A stretch of DNA of 64,000 nt from assembly GCA_964633875.1 (NCBI GenBank), contig CAZWKL010000003.1, positions 7,849 to 71,848 on the forward strand. Reading direction: 5' to 3'. Made by a program: the position numbers and the translations under genes. Under the pieces are notes generated by a model. The model was not told the origin of the DNA, made no database searches, and worked only from the letters and a program-made list of their open reading frames with translations. Below, in pieces: positions 38,419 through 48,596 of the stretch. Every line of letters begins with the position of its first letter. Position 1 is the stretch's first letter. The DNA comes from an uncultured Pseudomonadales bacterium (GTDB taxonomy: Bacteria > Patescibacteriota > Microgenomatia > UBA1400 > PJMF01).

Positions 38419-38673
38419 TTACTGATTGCTCAAACGTTCATGAATTCTTTGCAACGAAGCTTCAGTAACATTTTTTTGATTTTTCAGGGAGCGAGCGCGT
38501 TTTTTTAAGCGCCTCATCTCAGTTTTCTTTTGTGCTCTGATTTGAGAGGGTTTTATAAAATAACGCCGATTGCGAGTGCGCTCAACAATATTAGTATTTG
38601 AAGCTTCTTTTTTAAATTCCTTAATGACGTCATTAGTATTGTCATTAGGTCCAGCTTTTACAACAATTGGCAT
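38419..38673 (-). CDS. rpsU: 30S ribosomal protein S21
   Basis: IKEFKK..RNRRYFIKPS. Confidence 0.8.
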   Translation of the reverse strand: MPIVVKAGPNDNTNDVIKEFKKEASNTNIVERTRNRRYFIKPSQIRAQKKTEMRRLKKRARSLKNQKNVTEASLQRIHERLSNQ

Positions 38674-38764
38674 TTATTCCACCCCCTTTCCCGATTCTTT
38701 AATTTACTATTATTTTGGTAGATATCTGAACCGGTATTATAGCACACCTGGTGTTTTAGGAAAT

Positions 38765-39124
38765 TTACGGGCTGACTTTGCCGGTCGCAGCTTCATTGAT
38801 CGCTTCCCAGCCACCCAAAACGTGCAGGTGGATGTGGCGCACCTCTTGCATTTGCTCGCCTACATTCAGCACCAGTTTGTAGTTGTCGGCGATGCCCTGC
38901 TCTTTGGCCATTTTCCTGGCAACTTGTAACAGACCGGCGTGGAGAGCGGTGTCTTCTAGACTCACTTCTTCCAGAGTGCGGTAGGGTTTTTTAGTAATCA
39001 CCAACAAGTGAATAGGCGCTTGCGGCCGAATGTCTTTGATGACAATAAAATCGTTGTCTTCGTACAAAATGTCAGATTTGATTTCTCCAGCAATAATTTG
39101 AGAAAAAATAGATTTAGCTGCCAT
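38765..39124 (-). CDS. HIT family protein
   Basis: SIFSQII, DIRPQAPIH, HIHLH triad. Confidence 0.92.
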   Translation of the reverse strand: MAAKSIFSQIIAGEIKSDILYEDNDFIVIKDIRPQAPIHLLVITKKPYRTLEEVSLEDTALHAGLLQVARKMAKEQGIADNYKLVLNVGEQMQEVRHIHLHVLGGWEAINEAATGKVSP

Positions 39125-39995
39125 AGATGTGCTTAATCATAGCAGAAACTTCCTCGAGTGTTAAGGGCGAGGGTTGTTGGTTGGTGTGTTTGCTGGAGCC
39201 ATTAAGCAGCATTTTGCCACTGGGATGAAAAAACCACTTGCCTTGTTGGTCTTTTTTCTTGATTGCGTGGTAAAGCGGCTCTAGGTCAATCTCAGAGTCG
39301 GGACGAGCTTTAATTCTAATATGCCCTTGTTTGGGATCTTTTCTCACCACCAGTTGATAACCTCTGTTTTGAGCCAACTTAATAGTGTCATCGTTTCTGG
39401 ACTCAATGTAGAGACAACTGATGTTCCCGTGCTTAGCTGTTTTACTCTTTTTTTTGAGAGCCTCGTCGGCTTTGAAGTATTGGACCAGAATGGCATAAGC
39501 GCTATCCAGGCAGGTGAAGCCAAAATGAAGCTGTGAGTCATTATCATGCATTTCCAAAAACTCCAGGCCACGGATGAGGTTGTAGATGGCAAAGCTTTCC
39601 CTGGGAGTGCCGGTTTCCGGCCAATTGATTTCGGCAAAGTGATCGATGTCGGTGATGTAATCGCAAAGATATTGGAGCGGCAGGTTGTCCTTAAGGTTTG
39701 GATCAAGAGAAGTGAGGTAGTCATGCACTAGTGAAGTGGCGCAAAGGTACTGTTTGCCGCGGTCGGGTTGGTGATGGTCAAAGCGCCCGAGGCCAGTGTC
39801 TACATGGGTGACTTCATGGAGTTCCGCCCCAAATTCTCTGGCGGCTTTTAAGCTGATTCTTTCTCCGGGTTCAACAAAGGCTACTTTGGCATCGGCATAA
39901 TTTTTTGCGTCAAACCTTTTGAGGAGCCAAACGGCGCCAATAGCGTCGATGTCAGGCGCGTGATGGGTGACAATAAGTTTTCGGCGGTCCGGCAT
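39114..39995 (-). CDS. DHH/MYG1-like phosphoesterase
   Basis: VTHHAPDIDA, VDTG, FDHHQ, CATSL motifs. Confidence 0.65.
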   Translation of the reverse strand: MPDRRKLIVTHHAPDIDAIGAVWLLKRFDAKNYADAKVAFVEPGERISLKAAREFGAELHEVTHVDTGLGRFDHHQPDRGKQYLCATSLVHDYLTSLDPNLKDNLPLQYLCDYITDIDHFAEINWPETGTPRESFAIYNLIRGLEFLEMHDNDSQLHFGFTCLDSAYAILVQYFKADEALKKKSKTAKHGNISCLYIESRNDDTIKLAQNRGYQLVVRKDPKQGHIRIKARPDSEIDLEPLYHAIKKKDQQGKWFFHPSGKMLLNGSSKHTNQQPSPLTLEEVSAMIKHIYGS

Positions 39996-40251
39996 AATAG
40001 AAGTATACAATAATTGCGCAATTAGTTGAAGTGTCGGGCAAAACTAGAACCCGCTGCACCATCCGTATCGTTTACAGATAGGTATGTCGCAGCGGGTGTG
40101 TCCTCACCGGGACGTAGTATCAATTACTATATAAAAAAAACTCAAAAAGACCATCATTAAAAAGGCTTGATGCATACCAATATAATTAATTTCAAGGCGG
40201 AAAAAAAATAAGTATATAAGATCAATTTTTGCCTGGAAATGCAAAATTGCT

Positions 40252-40599
40252 CTACTTTTTTTGGCCGAAAATTCGTTTTGCGCCCCAAACCAACATTCGC
40301 CAGCTCAATTTGAAAGGCAAAGTAAGCAGTTGCCAGAAAATTGGCACCGCGTCTTCTTCACCTCTCACCCAGGCGGAAATGACCAGGGTTTTGTTGGTTT
40401 CTGACAAGTGGGTGGCCACGACGTGATACTTGCGGTCATTGATGGTTTTGATAAAACGGGTGGTGTTGGGTTTGTCCTCGGGCTTGGTCAGCTCCGGCTT
40501 TTGCAAAGTTTGCCAAACTGCCTGCTCAGTGATGTTTCTGTCTTTCATCCTTGCCAGAGCGTGTTTGGTGAAGATCAGGTTTTTGTATGCTGGTGCCAT
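40252..40599 (-). CDS. DUF4258-like protein
   Basis: FTKHALARMKDRNI..VISAW. Confidence 0.65.
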   Translation of the reverse strand: MAPAYKNLIFTKHALARMKDRNITEQAVWQTLQKPELTKPEDKPNTTRFIKTINDRKYHVVATHLSETNKTLVISAWVRGEEDAVPIFWQLLTLPFKLSWRMLVWGAKRIFGQKK

Positions 40600-40603
40600 G
40601 TTT

Positions 40604-42307
40604 TTAGTGATTTGTGAGCAGGTTTAATAGTTCTGCTGTTGAAACTAGTTGAGTTTCGGCCTCAGACCGTTTTTTGAGTTCAATTTTTTCACCGGTGCGC
40701 TCGGAAACTACCAGCCGGTAGGGAATACCGATTAAATCCGCGACCGCGAACTTTGAGCCGGGTGATTCATCGCGGTCATCCCAAAGCACTTCAATTCCGG
40801 CTTCAGTGAGTTGGTCATGCAAAGCTGCCGCTTTTTCTTCACTGCCACGGAGAGAAATTAAATGCGCCCGGAAAGGAGCGACGCTTTCCGGCCAGATGAT
40901 GCCGTTCTCGTCATGAAACTTTTCCACAATCACACCCATCAGCCTGCTGATGCCGATGCCATAACAACCCATGTAGACACTTTTCTTCTGGCCGTCCGTG
41001 TCGGTGAAAGTGTAGTCAAAGGCCTGGCTGTACTTGGTGCCCAGCGGGAAGATGTTACCAACCTCACTAGCGCGGAAAGTTTCATATTGCGCTCCGGTTT
41101 CCGGATTGAAATCACCATTTTTAACGGTTTTGAGGTCATAAAAAGTTGCCGGTTTTTGGATATCTCGGCCCCACTGAACGTTGATATAGTGAAAATTGGT
41201 TTCGTTGGCGCCGCACTCAAAGTTGTTGATATCGTTGAGCGAATTATCGAGTAGCAACTTAATATTTGCCGGCAAGTTGAGTAGGCCGGCATAACCGGGT
41301 TCAGCGTTGGTAACAGACTTGACCGTTTCCGGATCGGCTAGTTTGATGGCGGCGGCGTTGAGGACGACACGCAATTTTGTTTCATTGATATCGTAGTCAC
41401 CCCTGACAGCCGCGGCTACCAGCTCGCCGCCGCCAGTCTGATAAATCAAAGTTTTAACGCATTGATGCGGAGGAACGTTGAGAAATTCCACCAAGGCGTC
41501 CATGCCGGTGACACCCTTGGTTTCAACTTTTTCCAACTGCCCGTCCGCCGCGGCTTGCTCAGGCTGGGGAGCGCGGCTAGGCGCAATTTCCTGGTTGTAA
41601 GCCAGACCCGATTGAGGATCAAGAAAAACCAAGTCTTCACCGGTTTCACACTTGGTTTGAAACTCATGCGAGAAATTATCCGTAAAAGCGCCGCCGGAGG
41701 CTCGGACTTCATAAGTATCCTCTCCCAGTCCAAGGCGCCGGTAAACGTTCATATAAGCCTCTTTGGTTTGTTCGTAATAATCCATCAAGTCCGCCTCTGA
41801 AGTGTGGAAGCTGTAGAGATCTTTCATCCTGAACTCTCTGCCTCTGAGCAAGCCCGATTTAGCCCGGGCCTCGTTGCGAAACTTGGTTTGAATTTGGTAA
41901 TAAGCAAAAGGAAAATCTTTGTAGCTAGCGCTGAACTTTTGAGCAATAGGCGTGACCACTTCTTCATGGGTGGCATTGAGGATAAATTCTTTGGTGGAAG
42001 TTTGCTGAGATAACTTGTTAGCGCCCGAAGTTTTCATCAAAACATCAAAAGAATCAAGTCTGTCTGTGATTTCCCAGAGTTTTTTGGGAGAAAGCGAGGG
42101 CATCATGATCTCCACCCCGATTTTATCCATTTCTTCCCGGACAACATTTTCAATTTTTCTGAGTACCTTCAATCCAAGCGGCAGAAAACTATAAACGCCG
42201 GCCATGGTTTGGTCGATGAAGCCACCCTGAATAAGATAAGTGGCATTGACGGAATCAAAATCTTTAGCCGATTTTTCCGTTTTGGTATGAAGTTTTGAGT
42301 ATCTCAT
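40604..42307 (-). CDS. proS: Proline-tRNA ligase with editing insertion
   Basis: ATHEE, KFRNE..GLLRGREF.MKDLYSF, YbaK-like insert, EVGNIFPLG, MGCYGIG. Confidence 0.95.
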   Translation of the reverse strand: MRYSKLHTKTEKSAKDFDSVNATYLIQGGFIDQTMAGVYSFLPLGLKVLRKIENVVREEMDKIGVEIMMPSLSPKKLWEITDRLDSFDVLMKTSGANKLSQQTSTKEFILNATHEEVVTPIAQKFSASYKDFPFAYYQIQTKFRNEARAKSGLLRGREFRMKDLYSFHTSEADLMDYYEQTKEAYMNVYRRLGLGEDTYEVRASGGAFTDNFSHEFQTKCETGEDLVFLDPQSGLAYNQEIAPSRAPQPEQAAADGQLEKVETKGVTGMDALVEFLNVPPHQCVKTLIYQTGGGELVAAAVRGDYDINETKLRVVLNAAAIKLADPETVKSVTNAEPGYAGLLNLPANIKLLLDNSLNDINNFECGANETNFHYINVQWGRDIQKPATFYDLKTVKNGDFNPETGAQYETFRASEVGNIFPLGTKYSQAFDYTFTDTDGQKKSVYMGCYGIGISRLMGVIVEKFHDENGIIWPESVAPFRAHLISLRGSEEKAAALHDQLTEAGIEVLWDDRDESPGSKFAVADLIGIPYRLVVSERTGEKIELKKRSEAETQLVSTAELLNLLTNH

Positions 42308-42354
42308 TTTTCCTCTTTTTTGTAGTTTGCTGTGCTGTAATGTTCCAATAACTG

Positions 42355-43260
42355 CTAAAGCCATTTTTTGAGCGCCTCACTGAAAATAGCGCTGCAATCC
42401 AGGACTGCAATTTTCTTGTTGAGCTGTTCATGAGCAATTGAGTTGGTGATGACAATTTTGTTGAGATCGGAACTGACAATTTTTTCCAAAGAGCCTGGTA
42501 TAAACACCCCATGGGTAGCAAAAAAGTAGACTTCTTTGGCGCCATTGGCCTTGAGTAGCGAAGCCGACTCGATGGCGGTACTGCCTGACAAAATAAGGTC
42601 GTCAAGAATAATAACATTTTTGTTTGCCACATTGCCGTGAACGTCTACAGCAGTCACTTCACCGGTGCTGTAGCTCCTGTGTTTGTCGATATTGACCAAG
42701 TCTAAGCCCAGTTGAGTGGCAAAAACTCTGGCTCGTTTCAAGCCACCGAAATCAGGACTGGCGATGACAGTATTTTTTAGATCAATTTTGTCTTTGGCGT
42801 AATCGGCAAACAAATTTTGGGCAGAAAGATGTTGGCTCGGGATAGAGAAAAATCCAGGAGTGCTGGTGTTGTGCAGGTCCAGCAGAAAAACGCGGTTGGT
42901 ATAGGAATTAGAAACCAGGTTGGCCACGACTTTGGCGGCGATGGGTTCGCCTCCCCGGAAAACTTTGTCTTGCAGTGAGTAACCCATCCAGGGAAGGACA
43001 AGATTAATGTTTCTGGCGCCCGCCCGCTCGAAAGCGTCGGCCAGGAGCAGAAATTCCAGAATGTGTTGGTCGGTGGGCTTGGAAAAAGATTGAATCACGG
43101 CGATATCTTGACCATTAACATCTTCACGGATGTGGATGCGGCGCTCGTCGTTGGGAAAATCGGTTAGATCAATATCAATCAATTTAGTGTTGAGTTGTTG
43201 GGCGATTTTTTCCGCCAGTTTGGGATTTGAAGATCCGGCAGCAATTTTCATAGAATTCAT
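42355..43260 (-). CDS. prs: Ribose-phosphate pyrophosphokinase
   Basis: PWMGYSLQDK, DLH, SPDFGG, ILDDLILSGST, ATHG. Confidence 0.93.
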   Translation of the reverse strand: MNSMKIAAGSSNPKLAEKIAQQLNTKLIDIDLTDFPNDERRIHIREDVNGQDIAVIQSFSKPTDQHILEFLLLADAFERAGARNINLVLPWMGYSLQDKVFRGGEPIAAKVVANLVSNSYTNRVFLLDLHNTSTPGFFSIPSQHLSAQNLFADYAKDKIDLKNTVIASPDFGGLKRARVFATQLGLDLVNIDKHRSYSTGEVTAVDVHGNVANKNVIILDDLILSGSTAIESASLLKANGAKEVYFFATHGVFIPGSLEKIVSSDLNKIVITNSIAHEQLNKKIAVLDCSAIFSEALKKWL

Positions 43261-43272
43261 AATTATTCTATT

Positions 43273-46236
43273 TTACCCTCGATGCTCTGGCGCGTCTATG
43301 AGACCGCACTTTTTGTACTTCAGGCCGGAACCGCACGGACAGGGGTCGTTGCGCCTAATTTTTTCTTTTTTGATGCCCGGCTGTGGTTTGCTGGGGTTGA
43401 TAGTGGCGGTTTTGAGGGCGGCAGCCAGATCGTTAACGGAACCTTGGGTGTTTTGTGGCGGCGGAGCTGTTTTTGGGGTCACGGCCTCGACTTCTTCAGC
43501 CAGGCTGCCGCCCCCTAGCTCCTCTTTTTGTGCTACTGCCTGATTCAAAATATCTACCTGAGGAGGAGGCGCTGAAAGCTGCGCCCGGTACAGCCGGTTG
43601 GCGATGGTGGCCTCGATGGAGTTGATCAACTCCTCAAACATGGCATAAGCTTCTTTACGGTACTCACTCAAAGCGGTGCGCTTATCACCTCTGAGCCAAA
43701 TACCCTGCCTGAGCGAGTCCATGGAATCGAGATGATCCATCCATTTTTCATCCAAAGTGGAAAGGGTGACGATTCTTTCCAGGGCGCGCATTTGTTCGCT
43801 GCCGAGCGCTTTTTCTTTTGACTCGTAAGTTTTCAAGGCAATATTAGTCAAGCGCTCCCTGATTTGATCCGTATCAGCCAGCTTACTAACCTCAGTGGTC
43901 AGCTGATTTTGTGAAGTTTGGTCAAAAGGAATCAATTTGTTGAACTCATTCACCAGCGTGTCGTATTCCTGATCTGAGTACTCTACTGGTGCGTGCAAAT
44001 TGACGATGGAGTTGACTTCATCTTGGATATAGCTAATAACTTGATCATGAAGAGTTTCGCCTGTGGGGTGGTCTTGAGCTTCAGTTTTTTCCGCAATTGA
44101 GGCTTGTTCAAGCAAACGGCGGCGGCGGTCGTAAATGATCTCGCGCTGCTTATTCATGACATCGTCGTACTCTACCAAGCGCTTGCGTTGGTCAAAGAAA
44201 AAGCCTTCCACCTTGACCTGAGCGGACTCAATTGACTTACCCACCATGCCGTGTTCAATCGGCTGATTTTCGTCAATTTTGAGCATGTCCATGATTTTGG
44301 CAATTTGCTCACCACCGAAAATGCGCATAATTTCATCTTCAAGTGAAACAAAGAATTGCGAAGAGCCTGGGTCGCCTTGGCGGCCGGCACGGCCTCGAAG
44401 CTGGTTGTCAATACGCCGGGATTCGTGGCGTTCGGTGCCAATGATATGCAAACCGCCGGCCGCCACTACTTCCTCATGCGCCCGGCGCCAATCCATCAGC
44501 GCTTGGGCATACTTTTCTATCTCGTAATTGTTGGGATTGAGTGAGGGCGGCAATCTCAGGTTCAGCTTTTCAATTTTATCTTGCAGCGCCTTACTCACCT
44601 GCCGGCGATTGGAAGGTTTTTCTTTACGAAAATCTTTAATTTCCGGCTTAGAACCACCCAAAACGATGTCCACTCCACGCCCGGCAATATTAGTAGCTAC
44701 AGTAATGGCGCCGCTCTTGCCGGCGTCGGCGATAATAAAGGCCTCTTTTTCGTTATTCTTGGCGTTGAGAACCTCATGCTTCACCCCGCGGCGCCGCAAA
44801 AAATCCGCCATCATCTGGTTGTGCTCAATTGAGCGGGTACCAATCAAAATCGGCCTGCCCTCTTGGTGAATCCGTTCTACTTCAGCAGCAATGGCGGTAT
44901 ACTTGGCACTGGCAGTTTTATAAACTATGTCCGAGTGATCTTCCCTCACTACATCTTGGTTGGTGGGTACTGCCAAAACATCCAGTTCGTAAATTTCCTT
45001 AAACTCCTCCGCTTCAGTCAAAGCCGTACCAGTCATACCGCTCAACTTTTTGTACAGTCTAAAGTAATTCTGAATGGAAATAGTCGCCAAGGTTCTGGAT
45101 TCCTGTTGAATTTTCACGCCCTCTTTGGCCTCAATGGCCTGGTGTAAACCATCGGAGTAGCGCCGGCCATACATCAGGCGGCCGGTGTGTTCATCCACAA
45201 TCACCACTTCTCCTTCGCGGACAATATAATCTTTGTCGCGGGTGAAAATGGTTTTAGCTTTAAGCGCTGCCTCAATATGATGAATAATGTCAAAACTTTC
45301 CTCGTATAAATTCCCCACCCCCAACTTTTGTTCAATCCTCTTGACTCCCAAGTCCGTAAGCGTCACCGCTCTGGCCTTTTCATCCACCTTGTAATCTTGA
45401 TCTTTAGTCAAAGACTCAACCATTTTCGAGTACTCGTAGTACTTAGAAGTCGGCTCAGTATCAGGTGCGGAGATAATCAGCGGCGTTCTGGCCTCATCAA
45501 TCAAAATCGAGTCCGCCTCATCGACGATGGTGAAATGGTGCGGCGTATCCTGCCTTTGCACCAGCTGCTCAATCGCCTGCACCATGTTATCGCGCAGATA
45601 ATCAAAGCCAAACTCATTGTTGGTGCCGTAGGTAATGTCCGCCAAATAAGCAGCTTTTCTGGAAATTTCCTCGAAATGTTCCAGCCGCTCGTCACCCCTG
45701 ATCTCGCTATCTGCATCAGGATTGTATAGTCTGGAGCGATCATGAATAATCACCGCCGAGGAAAGGCCTAAAAAGTGATAAATCGGCCCCATCCAGCCCA
45801 CGCCCAACTCAGCCAAGTAATCATTCACAGTAATTAAATGCACACCTTTACCAAGTAGCGCATTGAGATACAGCGGCGCGGTGACAGTCAGGGTTTTACC
45901 CTCACCGGTTTTCTGCTCGGTAATAGTGCCGTGATGCAGGGCAATGCCCGCCAACAACTGCACGTCGTAATGGCGCATGCCGTTGATGCGCCGTGAGGCC
46001 TCCCTGACAGTAGCAAAAGCTTCCGGTAGCAAATCATCCAAGATAGCTTCATCTGCTTGTCCGTTTTTGCGGGCGGTTTCAATCTGCTGTTTAAATTTTT
46101 TAGTCTGGGCTGCCAGTTTTTCATCGGACAGCTTTTTGATTTTAGGCTCCAAATTGTTAATTTCATCAACAATTTTGCCGTACTCATTGAGGCGCTTTTT
46201 ATTTTCGTCAAAAAGATCAGCAAAAATCTTCAACAT
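43273..46236 (-). CDS. secA: Preprotein translocase ATPase
   Basis: KTGEGKT, VDEADSILIDEARTPL, QLRGRAGRQGDPG, SEC-C CPCGSG. Confidence 0.97.
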   Translation of the reverse strand: MLKIFADLFDENKKRLNEYGKIVDEINNLEPKIKKLSDEKLAAQTKKFKQQIETARKNGQADEAILDDLLPEAFATVREASRRINGMRHYDVQLLAGIALHHGTITEQKTGEGKTLTVTAPLYLNALLGKGVHLITVNDYLAELGVGWMGPIYHFLGLSSAVIIHDRSRLYNPDADSEIRGDERLEHFEEISRKAAYLADITYGTNNEFGFDYLRDNMVQAIEQLVQRQDTPHHFTIVDEADSILIDEARTPLIISAPDTEPTSKYYEYSKMVESLTKDQDYKVDEKARAVTLTDLGVKRIEQKLGVGNLYEESFDIIHHIEAALKAKTIFTRDKDYIVREGEVVIVDEHTGRLMYGRRYSDGLHQAIEAKEGVKIQQESRTLATISIQNYFRLYKKLSGMTGTALTEAEEFKEIYELDVLAVPTNQDVVREDHSDIVYKTASAKYTAIAAEVERIHQEGRPILIGTRSIEHNQMMADFLRRRGVKHEVLNAKNNEKEAFIIADAGKSGAITVATNIAGRGVDIVLGGSKPEIKDFRKEKPSNRRQVSKALQDKIEKLNLRLPPSLNPNNYEIEKYAQALMDWRRAHEEVVAAGGLHIIGTERHESRRIDNQLRGRAGRQGDPGSSQFFVSLEDEIMRIFGGEQIAKIMDMLKIDENQPIEHGMVGKSIESAQVKVEGFFFDQRKRLVEYDDVMNKQREIIYDRRRRLLEQASIAEKTEAQDHPTGETLHDQVISYIQDEVNSIVNLHAPVEYSDQEYDTLVNEFNKLIPFDQTSQNQLTTEVSKLADTDQIRERLTNIALKTYESKEKALGSEQMRALERIVTLSTLDEKWMDHLDSMDSLRQGIWLRGDKRTALSEYRKEAYAMFEELINSIEATIANRLYRAQLSAPPPQVDILNQAVAQKEELGGGSLAEEVEAVTPKTAPPPQNTQGSVNDLAAALKTATINPSKPQPGIKKEKIRRNDPCPCGSGLKYKKCGLIDAPEHRG

Positions 46237-46345
46237 AGGTGTATGTTATACCAGAAAAAGGGGTATTGCGCGAGGTCTTTTTGGCGGTAAAGTGGCAAGA
46301 ATGCTAAATAATGCAAGTAATTAAAATTATAGGTTTAAATTGAGG

Positions 46346-46593
46346 TATAATATAAGCTGGGAACACGGCGGAAGCCGTGGCTCTTTAAAAAGAGGTCGGG
46401 AAAAAACCTCCTATGGGCAGCGAGGGTAGCGCTGCCATTAAACAAAGTCTACCCCGTGGGCTATATCCGGCAATTGAGCCGGAACCCCGCGTGCCGCCAA
46501 CGCTCTTCGTTTCTCCAATTGCTGGAGTCATGAGGAGCGAACTAAGGGTTAGCCGCAAGGCGCCCGAGGCGAGTCTGAAAAGGAGGTGAAAAA
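46346..46593 (+). promoter_or_regulatory. Promoter and structured leader with hairpin+boxA-like element
   Basis: TATAAT 46346; CACGGC-GGAA-GCCGTG 46364-46379; GCTCTTTAAAAA 46380-46391; further hairpins; AAGGAGGTG SD. Confidence 0.55.
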
Positions 46594-46764
46594 ATGAAGG
46601 TAGGATGCGCTGTGACAATGACGGCGTCCCTAGTGGTCGCCATCATTGCCATAATCGCGGGATTCATCACAGGATCTCGCGAGCTGCTACTGGTAGGAGT
46701 AGCAGCTTTCGCCACATTTGCCGCCACCGCAATGGTGGCGGATATGTGGTTTTTGGACGAGTGA
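46594..46764 (+). CDS. 56-aa two-TM membrane peptide
   Basis: MKVGCAVTMTASLVVAIIAIIAGFITGSRELLLVGVAAFATFAATAMVADMWFLDE; strong SD; below the ORF-track cutoff. Confidence 0.65.
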   Translation: MKVGCAVTMTASLVVAIIAIIAGFITGSRELLLVGVAAFATFAATAMVADMWFLDE

Positions 46765-46793
46765 CTTTTCCCGGCCTCTTGTCCTTTTATCCT

Positions 46794-48074
46794 TTAGCCT
46801 TTAGCCTTAATTTCCTTCTTCCCCACATACTTCTGCAACACCTTCGGCACCTTCACGCTACCGTCCTTCTGCTGGTAGTTTTCCACAATGGCCGCCAGCA
46901 AACGCGGTGAAGCCGCCATAGTGTTGTTAAGCGTGTAAACATACTTAGTGGTGCCATCCTGAGCCTGGTACTTGATATTCAGCCGGCGGGATTGGAAAGC
47001 GTTGAAGTAACTGGCAGAATGGGTTTCCCGGTACTTTTCTTGGGCCGGAAACCAAGTTTCCAGGTCATATTTTTTGCGTTGCCCCGCCCCCATATCGCCG
47101 GTGCACATCAGCAGTTTCTGATATGGCAATTGAAGCTCTTTGAGCATCTCCTCGGCGTAACCGGTCATTTTTTCGTGCCACTCTCTGGTTTCGTTTTCGT
47201 TGGCGACGGTATAAACCACCTGCTCCACCTTATTAAACTGATGCACTCGGACAATTCCCTGCGTGTCTTTGCCATGAGAGCCGACTTCTCGCCTGAAACA
47301 CGGAGAAATTCCCACCAACTTGATGGGTAAATCTTTTTCTTTCAAAATCTCATCTTTGTGGTAGGCAGTTAAAGCCACCTCGGCCGTGCCAGTCAGATAT
47401 TGGCCGTCTTGGGTTTTGTAATGATCTTCCGCGCCCCAGGGGAAATAGCCGGTGCCCCACATGGTTTCTTCCTGAACCAACACTGGTGCACTCATCGGCT
47501 TGAAGCCCTCATCAATCAGCTTTTTCAAAGCATAATTCATGAGCGCTTGTTCAAGGAGCAGCCCATCGCCAGTGAGAAAATAGGACCTGAAGCCGGCAAT
47601 TCTCACTGCTCGCCCAATCTCCAGCATGCCCAAATTTTCCATCAATTGGTGATGGGGCTTGGGTTTAAAGTCAAACTGAGGAATTTTGCCATGTTGCTCA
47701 GCAACGACATTGCCGCTCTCGTCCGGACCAATCGGCACATCAGCGGCCGGCACGTTGGGGATGTACATCATTAGCTCTTCAAAATCTGTCTCGGCGTTTT
47801 TGAGTTCCGGCTCGATTTTTTTCAGTTGTTCTTTGATATTTTTGCCAGCGGTAATCAGGTCGCTGGTGGGATCCTTGCCCGCCTGGATTAGGGCCTTGAT
47901 TTCCTTGGCGTTATCGTTGCTTTGTTGCCTGAGTTTGTCGACTTTTTGCTGGATTTCGCGGCGCTTTTCATCCACTTCCAGAAGTTTATCGACAGCTCCG
48001 GTATCAAGCTGCTTGTCTAGGCAGGCTTTTTTGACAATGTCGGTGTTGTTTCTGATGTAGGTAATGCTTAACAT
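46794..48074 (-). CDS. serS: Serine-tRNA ligase
   Basis: GTAEV, FRREVG, RVHQFNKVE, LNNT..ASPR. Confidence 0.96.
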   Translation of the reverse strand: MLSITYIRNNTDIVKKACLDKQLDTGAVDKLLEVDEKRREIQQKVDKLRQQSNDNAKEIKALIQAGKDPTSDLITAGKNIKEQLKKIEPELKNAETDFEELMMYIPNVPAADVPIGPDESGNVVAEQHGKIPQFDFKPKPHHQLMENLGMLEIGRAVRIAGFRSYFLTGDGLLLEQALMNYALKKLIDEGFKPMSAPVLVQEETMWGTGYFPWGAEDHYKTQDGQYLTGTAEVALTAYHKDEILKEKDLPIKLVGISPCFRREVGSHGKDTQGIVRVHQFNKVEQVVYTVANENETREWHEKMTGYAEEMLKELQLPYQKLLMCTGDMGAGQRKKYDLETWFPAQEKYRETHSASYFNAFQSRRLNIKYQAQDGTTKYVYTLNNTMAASPRLLAAIVENYQQKDGSVKVPKVLQKYVGKKEIKAKG

Positions 48075-48121
48075 TTTGTTTTTCCTTTCGCACAATTAAT
48101 ATAACTGTAACTGATAGAGCA

Positions 48122-48300
48122 TAAAAAAACCTCTAACAAGCACCCCTGAGGATGTTTGTTAGAGGGTCTTCTGACGGTGCCACCTCTAATTTAGCTTCAT
48201 TCCGGCTGTTACGGGCTTACCCGTCCCGGTTGTGACCCCGAGAAGCGCGCCGCTTTGCGAAAGCGGACTCGGCAGTTGCTAACTGTCTCACGCGCTGATA
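48122..48300 (-). promoter_or_regulatory. T-box riboswitch upstream of serS
   Basis: Antiterminator AGAGG-TGGCACC-GTC-agaa-GAC-CCTCT with 7-nt UGGNACC bulge; overlapping terminator CCTCTAACAA...TTGTTAGAGG-T7. Confidence 0.8.
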
Positions 48301-48377
48301 ATAAAAAGTAATTATATAGGAATTTGGCTGGGAAGTAAAATTGTGTATTGTGTAAACACGTTGTGGACACTTTAGAT

Positions 48378-48466
48378 CCAGTCTGCTTTGCCACCACTAC
48401 TTGGACTTTGTTAATAGTTAACAACATTTACTAGCTGTTGTTAGTTCTTGTTAATAGTTAACAAAC
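48378..48466 (-). repeat. 89-bp intergenic repeat, copy 2
   Basis: Exact reverse complement of 14277-14365. Confidence 0.9.
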
Positions 48467-48563
48467 CTGAAGTGACTTTATTGTGTGAGTTTGTTGAGAA
48501 ATCAAACATCACCCAATAAAAGTATTGGTGGGTTAGAGATTTATGGGGAAAGATGAAAAAGAT

Positions 48564-48593
48564 GAACCCCCGGTACTGGCTTACCGGGGGTTC
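48564..48593 (-). terminator. Terminator after the GC-rich orphan gene
   Basis: GAACCCCCGGTA/TACCGGGGGTTC 12-bp stem, T-rich tail on the minus strand. Confidence 0.75.
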
Positions 48594-48596
48594 AAG

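Noticed and set aside
40025-40120. SRP RNA or c-di-GMP riboswitch assignment
   Set aside because: The SRP helix-8 motif and the GEMM P1/P2 core are not present; left unassigned.
46605-46910. 101-aa ORF from the track
   Set aside because: The SD points to ATG 46594 in another frame, and this ORF overlaps serS.
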